A DNA stretch of 64,000 nt, taken from positions 608,001 through 672,000 of the forward strand of contig JAXHMY010000003.1 in NCBI GenBank assembly GCA_034520965.1. The letters run 5' to 3'. Position 1 is the stretch's first letter; each line of letters starts with the position of its first letter. A model generated the notes under the pieces. It searched no databases. It saw only the letters and a list, made by a program, of their open reading frames with translations, and was not told where the DNA came from. The stretch is from Spirochaetia bacterium. Lineage in GTDB: Bacteria; Spirochaetota; Spirochaetia; DSM-16054; Sediminispirochaetaceae. This document shows positions 59,235-64,000 of the stretch, piece after piece. The position numbers and the translations under genes are program-made.

Positions 59235-60245
59235 TTATTCAAACCTAATGCGCGGGTCGAGTTTCGCATATATCAAATCAACAATAATATTTACCAAAAT
59301 AAAGGCTAACGCCAGAATAAATACAATTCCCTGTACCATCGGATAATCACGATTCGAAATCGACTGAATCAACAAACGCCCGGTTCCCGGCCAGGAAAAC
59401 ACCGTTTCCGTTAGTATAGCACCGGCCAGCAGCTTTCCCATTTGCAGGCCGATAACCGTAATAACCGGAATTAGCGCATTCTTCAGAGCGTGCTTGTAGA
59501 TAATTTTTCGATAGGGCAGCCCCTTCGCCCGCGCCGTTCTGACGTAATCCTCGCTCAGGACATCCAGCATGCTCGATCGGGTTACCCGCACAATCTGTGA
59601 AAGAGGAATGGTGGCTAAAGACAGGGCCGGCAACAGGAGATGTTTTAAACTGTCGAGGAAAAGACTCATATCGCCCTGCAGGAGGGTATCAACCAGGTAG
59701 AACCCGGTAACCTCCTGCACTCCCGCTCCCATAGAAATTCGCCCGGAAACCGGAAGCCAGCCTAAAACTGCGGAAAACAGGAACATCAACATAATTCCCA
59801 GCCAAAAAATAGGAATCGAAACACCGACCAAGGAAAATGTCACCAACAGATGGTCAAACTTGGAGTTATGGTGGTAGGCCGCACTTACGCCCACAATAAT
59901 TCCAAACACGGCCGCCACAATTGTAGCGGTCAAGGCCAATTCAATAGTTGCCGGCAAACGCGAGCGTATCGCTTCGGTCACCGGCAAGCGGCTCTGCACG
60001 GACATACCAAAATCCCCCTGCAGAGCGTGGACAAACCAATTCCAATACTGCTCGTACATTGGCTTATCCAATCCCAGCCTTTCGGTAAGTGCCTGCCTGG
60101 CCGCCTCGGTGGCCTTGTCGCCCAGCATAACCTCAATCGGATCCCCAGGTATAAAGTGGACTAAAAGAAAAACAAGAATAGTCACTCCTATTACTGTAGG
60201 AATCAAAAGGAATAGTCTTTTAAGTAAATACCGCAATAAACCCAT
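59235..60245 (-). CDS. dppB: peptide ABC transporter permease
   Basis: PGDP, GDFG, YVRTARAKG, HALKNA, ETVFSWPG, DPRIR. Confidence 0.93.
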   Translation of the reverse strand: MGLLRYLLKRLFLLIPTVIGVTILVFLLVHFIPGDPIEVMLGDKATEAARQALTERLGLDKPMYEQYWNWFVHALQGDFGMSVQSRLPVTEAIRSRLPATIELALTATIVAAVFGIIVGVSAAYHHNSKFDHLLVTFSLVGVSIPIFWLGIMLMFLFSAVLGWLPVSGRISMGAGVQEVTGFYLVDTLLQGDMSLFLDSLKHLLLPALSLATIPLSQIVRVTRSSMLDVLSEDYVRTARAKGLPYRKIIYKHALKNALIPVITVIGLQMGKLLAGAILTETVFSWPGTGRLLIQSISNRDYPMVQGIVFILALAFILVNIIVDLIYAKLDPRIRFE

Positions 60246-60377
60246 TTTTGCTTACTCGTCTCCCTTCGTCCTTTTCAATTGCGTAAAATAGTATGGCCTA
60301 TTCAGCTCAATTCCTCATGCACAATAAGTTCCACCCCTCTGCTCGCAAGGGCAGACAGACATATTAGAATATTTATA

Positions 60378-60439
60378 TAGAACTGTAATATTTAGAACTG
60401 TATACTATATATAGTAGACGGTCCTTCAATAAAAGTCAA
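60378..60439 (-). promoter_or_regulatory. dpp operon promoter with downstream direct repeats
   Basis: TTGACT-17nt-TACTAT (60439-60411); TACAGTTCTA x2 at 60393-60402 and 60378-60387. Confidence 0.6.
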
Positions 60440-60645
60440 TTAAAATGAAGAATTATATAACTTACAGCTTAAAAACCCTGTTCTAAACTTATTAAAAGGA
60501 GCTCCGCTATTATGCTTATCCCGTAGAACCACGAGGCCGCCCGGGCGGGCGCAGCTGCGACCGCCCCTGCCGCCGGGCCTGCGCCGGTAGCCGCCCCCAA
60601 TAAGCTTTGGGTCGGCGTGGTTCGACCAAACGATGCTACACAAGA

Positions 60646-62802
60646 TCACTTTTCAATCAGCTTCTCTATCCCCCTGATCAGTTCGAGGGAATAGTGGGAA
60701 ATATCCGGTATATCCTTCTCGGGTACGCGAAAGCCGATGGCACCGGGGTGCCCGCCGCCGTTTTCAATTGAGAAGGTGCTGAGTATGGTTCGCAGGTCTA
60801 TGTCTTTGTATACTTCACTGCGGCGAACCCTGAACTGTATCAGCCCCTCGCCTGCTTTATGATCGGGGTATGCCACAAGGCTCAACATTTTGCTCGATTC
60901 AGCCAACACATCGGCCAGATATCTTGCCACCGACACAATTGTGTCGTGGTCAAAACGGGACTCGATCACCCCCATAGTCTCTCTTCTAATAATTACCGAC
61001 GCCACTTTATTAGAGAAAAAGGCCTGCGACTCCATCATAGAGTTGAAACACTGCTCCTCCTCCCGCGTCAGCCGCTGAAGTTCGGTAAACACTTGGTCCA
61101 TGGAGGAAAAGTTTCTGGAATTTTGGCGGGTTTTACTGTTCAGCATTTCATTGAACATTCCGCTGAACAAATTGTAGAACCAACGCTCTCTCCTTGTTTT
61201 GAGGTATTTCCCCATTTTTGAATCACCAATAATACCAGTTAGCACCGACAGGACAAAGTTCCGGGAAAATATTTCCTGAATCGAAAATGCTTCTATAATT
61301 GAACATTCGTTGGAAAGCTTAAAGGCCAAAAGGCCGACCAACTCACTGGCCGATGAAGCCTCGTCGACAAGGCAGTAGCCGGGGTCCCCCGCGTAGCTGC
61401 TGTCGGCTCCGAGGTGGTGGTCTATCTCAATTTTAAGTAACTCCCTGCGGGCCAGTAGGCCCGCAGAGCCGGGAAAGGACTCCTGCATGGCCGGTTTGGG
61501 GGTATCCATTAGAAATACAGTGGAAATATCCCGCGGGAGCTCTTCGTCGTTGTAGATAATTCCTATTTCGTTATACCTTGAGATATGAAGAAGATACTGG
61601 TAGTTTTCGTTTACCCTTCTAGGAATCATCAGATACACGTTTTTTGCAAACTTACTGATCAAAAGTCCCATGGCGATCATCGAGGCAACACAGTCCTCAT
61701 CCGGATCCCGGTGTCCAAGCATAAGAAAATTGTCCTGTTCCGCAATCGCCTGAATTATGCGCGATATAATCCGGTTTTTCTCCTTAAGACTGTATATGCC
61801 TGTCTTGCGCCGTCCATCTTGACCATTTTCATTCCATGCAACCGCCCGGCTTCGGCCCTCCTCTTTTGCTCGATATAGGGCTTTGTCGGCCTGCTTCATC
61901 AGCACAGCAAAGGAATCTCCATGTTCGGGAAAAGCGGCTATACCTATACTTGCAGCAACATGCTTCACCGAAGCACCCGGTTGTACCGGCAACTTAATCT
62001 TTCCCAGCTCTTGGATAAGACCCTTGCAGTACTCCAGGGCCTGCTCCGGAGAGGTATCTTTCAGCAGAAAGGTAAACTCATCCCCGCCGTAGCGGACGGA
62101 GACAGTATCGGAGCTGAAAGTTTTTCTAAAGGCCTCCACAGCAGCCCGTAAAACCTGGTCCCCTACAACCTGGCCGTATTCATCATTGATGCTCCCAAAA
62201 TGATCAAGATCGAGCATCATAAGGCAGAGGGGAGCGCCTATGCGCTGGGCCTCGATCAAACGCTCTTCCGCTGCCTGATCGAGGAACCTCCGGTTGTACA
62301 GTCCGGTAAAATCATCGGTGATTGCCCGGGCCCGCGCCTTCTCGCCCCAGGTTACCATATCCGATAAAAAAGCGCCGGTTGCCGTTAACCTCTGGGCGGT
62401 AGTTTTGAGCATCCCCCGCATTATACTGATACCCGCTTCAGGTTTAGATTTTATGAACTCATAAAAAACACCCGCCCTCAGACTCAAGACGGTGGTATCG
62501 CTTTTCGGAGTACAGGTGGCCGATCTTTCGGCACTGTCAAAGATAGACATCTCCCCAAAAAAACTGCCCTCCGAAAATTTCCGCCAGTTCCAACACACCC
62601 CCGTCCTGGGTGCCCACCGAAATAGAAACACAGCCTGAAAGGACGATGTACATAATCTCCCCGGTATCCCCTTCTGTAAAAAGGGTCTCTCCCTCCTGAT
62701 ACTCTTCGGTCTTCATTAATGAATAAAGCCGGTTTAGATCATCCAAGGAAAGAGAAGAAAAATATCTATCGATCTCAGCACTTCCACCGGTGTTTTGGCC
62801 AT
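60646..62802 (-). CDS. cNMP-binding + GGDEF + DHH/DHHA1 protein (~718 aa; two compensating indels near 62760 and 62578)
   Basis: LFTEGD...MYIVLSG, FFGEMSIF...RSAT; DDFTGLYNRR, DLDHF..IND.YG...GD, RYGGDEF; GHRDPDEDC, IDHH, GIIGDS, GGGHPGA. Confidence 0.85.
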
Positions 62803-62804
62803 AC

Positions 62805-63808
62805 TCAAGACTCCCCTTGCCCATCGGTAAAGAGAACCTTATTACCCCCGCGGCGTCTCCCCGCAAGGGGCAGTTCATGAGTTTTGAAAAGCATCTCTTC
62901 AACATTGCCTTCAAAACCTGGATACATACACACTCCGACACTGGCGGTCACCCGGAACTCATTGCCCCCGGCGGCCTTCGATACATCAAGCTTATTCATA
63001 AACTCTTTAAGTTTGTGGGCCTGTTCACGCGCCTCATCACGGCTCACTCCGGGAAAAATAACCGCCACAGCGTTTCCCTTGTACCTGGCAATCCTTTCAT
63101 CCTCTCCGATAAAATCCCGCAAACCCCGGGCCATAATTTTGATGGCCAGATCACCCGCATCATGACCGTATGCATCATTTAAGGTTTTGAAGTTATCCGG
63201 TTTTGTAATAGCCAGAGCAAAAGAAGCTTCTTCCTTTGAGGAATCACTTTTGTCGGTCAGCTCCCGCAGCTTTTCCGTCAGAAACACCTGGTTGTACAGC
63301 CCTGTAAGGGTATCCCGGTACACCTGTTTCTGCAGCTCCTGTACAAGCGGGGAGTTCTCTTTTACAAGCGTATTTACCCGCCGTATTCTCCCGGCTGTCT
63401 CAACGAGAATCCTGTGCAGAATACGGGCGGAAACTGAAGGTCTTTCTTCGAGAAACTCAAAAAATCTTTCCCCCGACGTGGAAACTCCAGAACCCACGTT
63501 TCCTCATCTGCCAGGGCCGAAGCGCCCCTGACTGCAGAGGTAAACAAATCTAGTTCCCCAAAAAGATTACCCATCACATAACGGGCAATAACCTTGAAAC
63601 GGCCCTCTTCGTCGGTCTTTCGGACTATCACCTGCCCGGTTTCCACAATGTACAAGGACCGGCCCGGATCGCCCTGCAGAAATACAGCATCGCCGCTTTT
63701 ACAACGGCGGATTACACTGTTTTCGGCTACCACCAGGATATCCTCTAAGGAAAGCTCTGAGAAAAGCTCCGCCTGCCTCACAATTTGTTCTTTTCGCGTT
63801 TCTTTCAC
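62805..63808 (-). CDS. cNMP-binding + degenerate GGDEF protein (~334 aa; frameshift near 63472)
   Basis: VFLQGD...LYIVETG, FGELDLF...RGASA; RDTLTGLYN, KPDNFKTLNDAYGHDAGD, RYKGNAV in place of GGDEF; GTG 63808 after GGGAG. Confidence 0.82.
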
Positions 63809-63948
63809 GATTACTCCCGGTACAGCACATCGTACACTTGCTATAGAGTATAATACGTACCGACTGAAAAACAAGGCGCGTTTAAATGAAGGCCGGTAGA
63901 TAGAGCCGGCGATTTCCCGGGAGTTCAGTTACAACGTTTCCACCTAAT

Positions 63949-63984
63949 AAAAAAAGGCTGTCTAAGATAATCCCTCAGACAGCC
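63949..63984 (-). terminator. intrinsic terminator of an upstream gene outside the window
   Basis: GGCTGTCT/AGACAGCC stem followed by T7 on minus strand. Confidence 0.7.
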
Positions 63985-64000
63985 CCCCGGTTACGAGTAC

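Noticed and set aside
60646..62631. Hypr-type cGAMP synthase or ordinary GdpP
   Set aside because: The guanine-specificity Asp (VVGD) is retained rather than Ser; unlike GdpP there are no TM/PAS domains and the GGDEF motif is intact
62537..62802. Programmed ribosomal frameshifting in the cNMP genes, hemC or srkA
   Set aside because: Shift directions vary, there are too many sites, and no consistent slippery site or stimulator is evident; sequencing error is simpler

Overview
Bacterial chromosomal window, probably from a free-living anaerobic spirochaete. This is an inference from secreted proteins starting with the '...VFAGGxxE' signal pattern typical of Spirochaetales. Contents in order: end of a CoA-transferase gene plus thiolase; double-TetR/hydrolase; FMN-riboswitch-controlled ribD-ribE-ribBA-ribH; tex; tRNA-Pro(GGG) followed by an AT-richer block (beta-propeller, RluA, 4-domain S1); enoate-reductase-like flavoenzyme; cyclophilin and SrkA kinase; RelE-type TA pair; MFS; dihydropyrimidinase; arylsulfate sulfotransferase; a two-component pair; acyl-CoA dehydrogenase. 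Next comes a ~16 kb 'cytochrome kit': a complete siroheme-dependent (Ahb) heme operon, system II maturation genes resB/ccsA, a Tat-signal split-Soret cytochrome c and tatCBA. After it lie an FMN-binding secreted protein, a dCache-HAMP-GGDEF cyclase and a dpp ABC operon with an amidohydrolase. At the right end is a translationally coupled pair: cNMP + degenerate GGDEF, followed by cNMP + intact GGDEF + intact DHH/DHHA1 phosphoesterase. This pair is the best candidate for an undescribed cyclic-nucleotide signalling system. Non-coding highlights: an FMN aptamer with an extra hairpin in loop L2, two families of repeated intergenic hairpins with compensatory changes, and several apparently leaderless genes. 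Nine small indels break six otherwise intact genes, mostly in homopolymers or short repeats, so they are probably long-read assembly errors. All calls come from motif recognition by eye; no database search was run.
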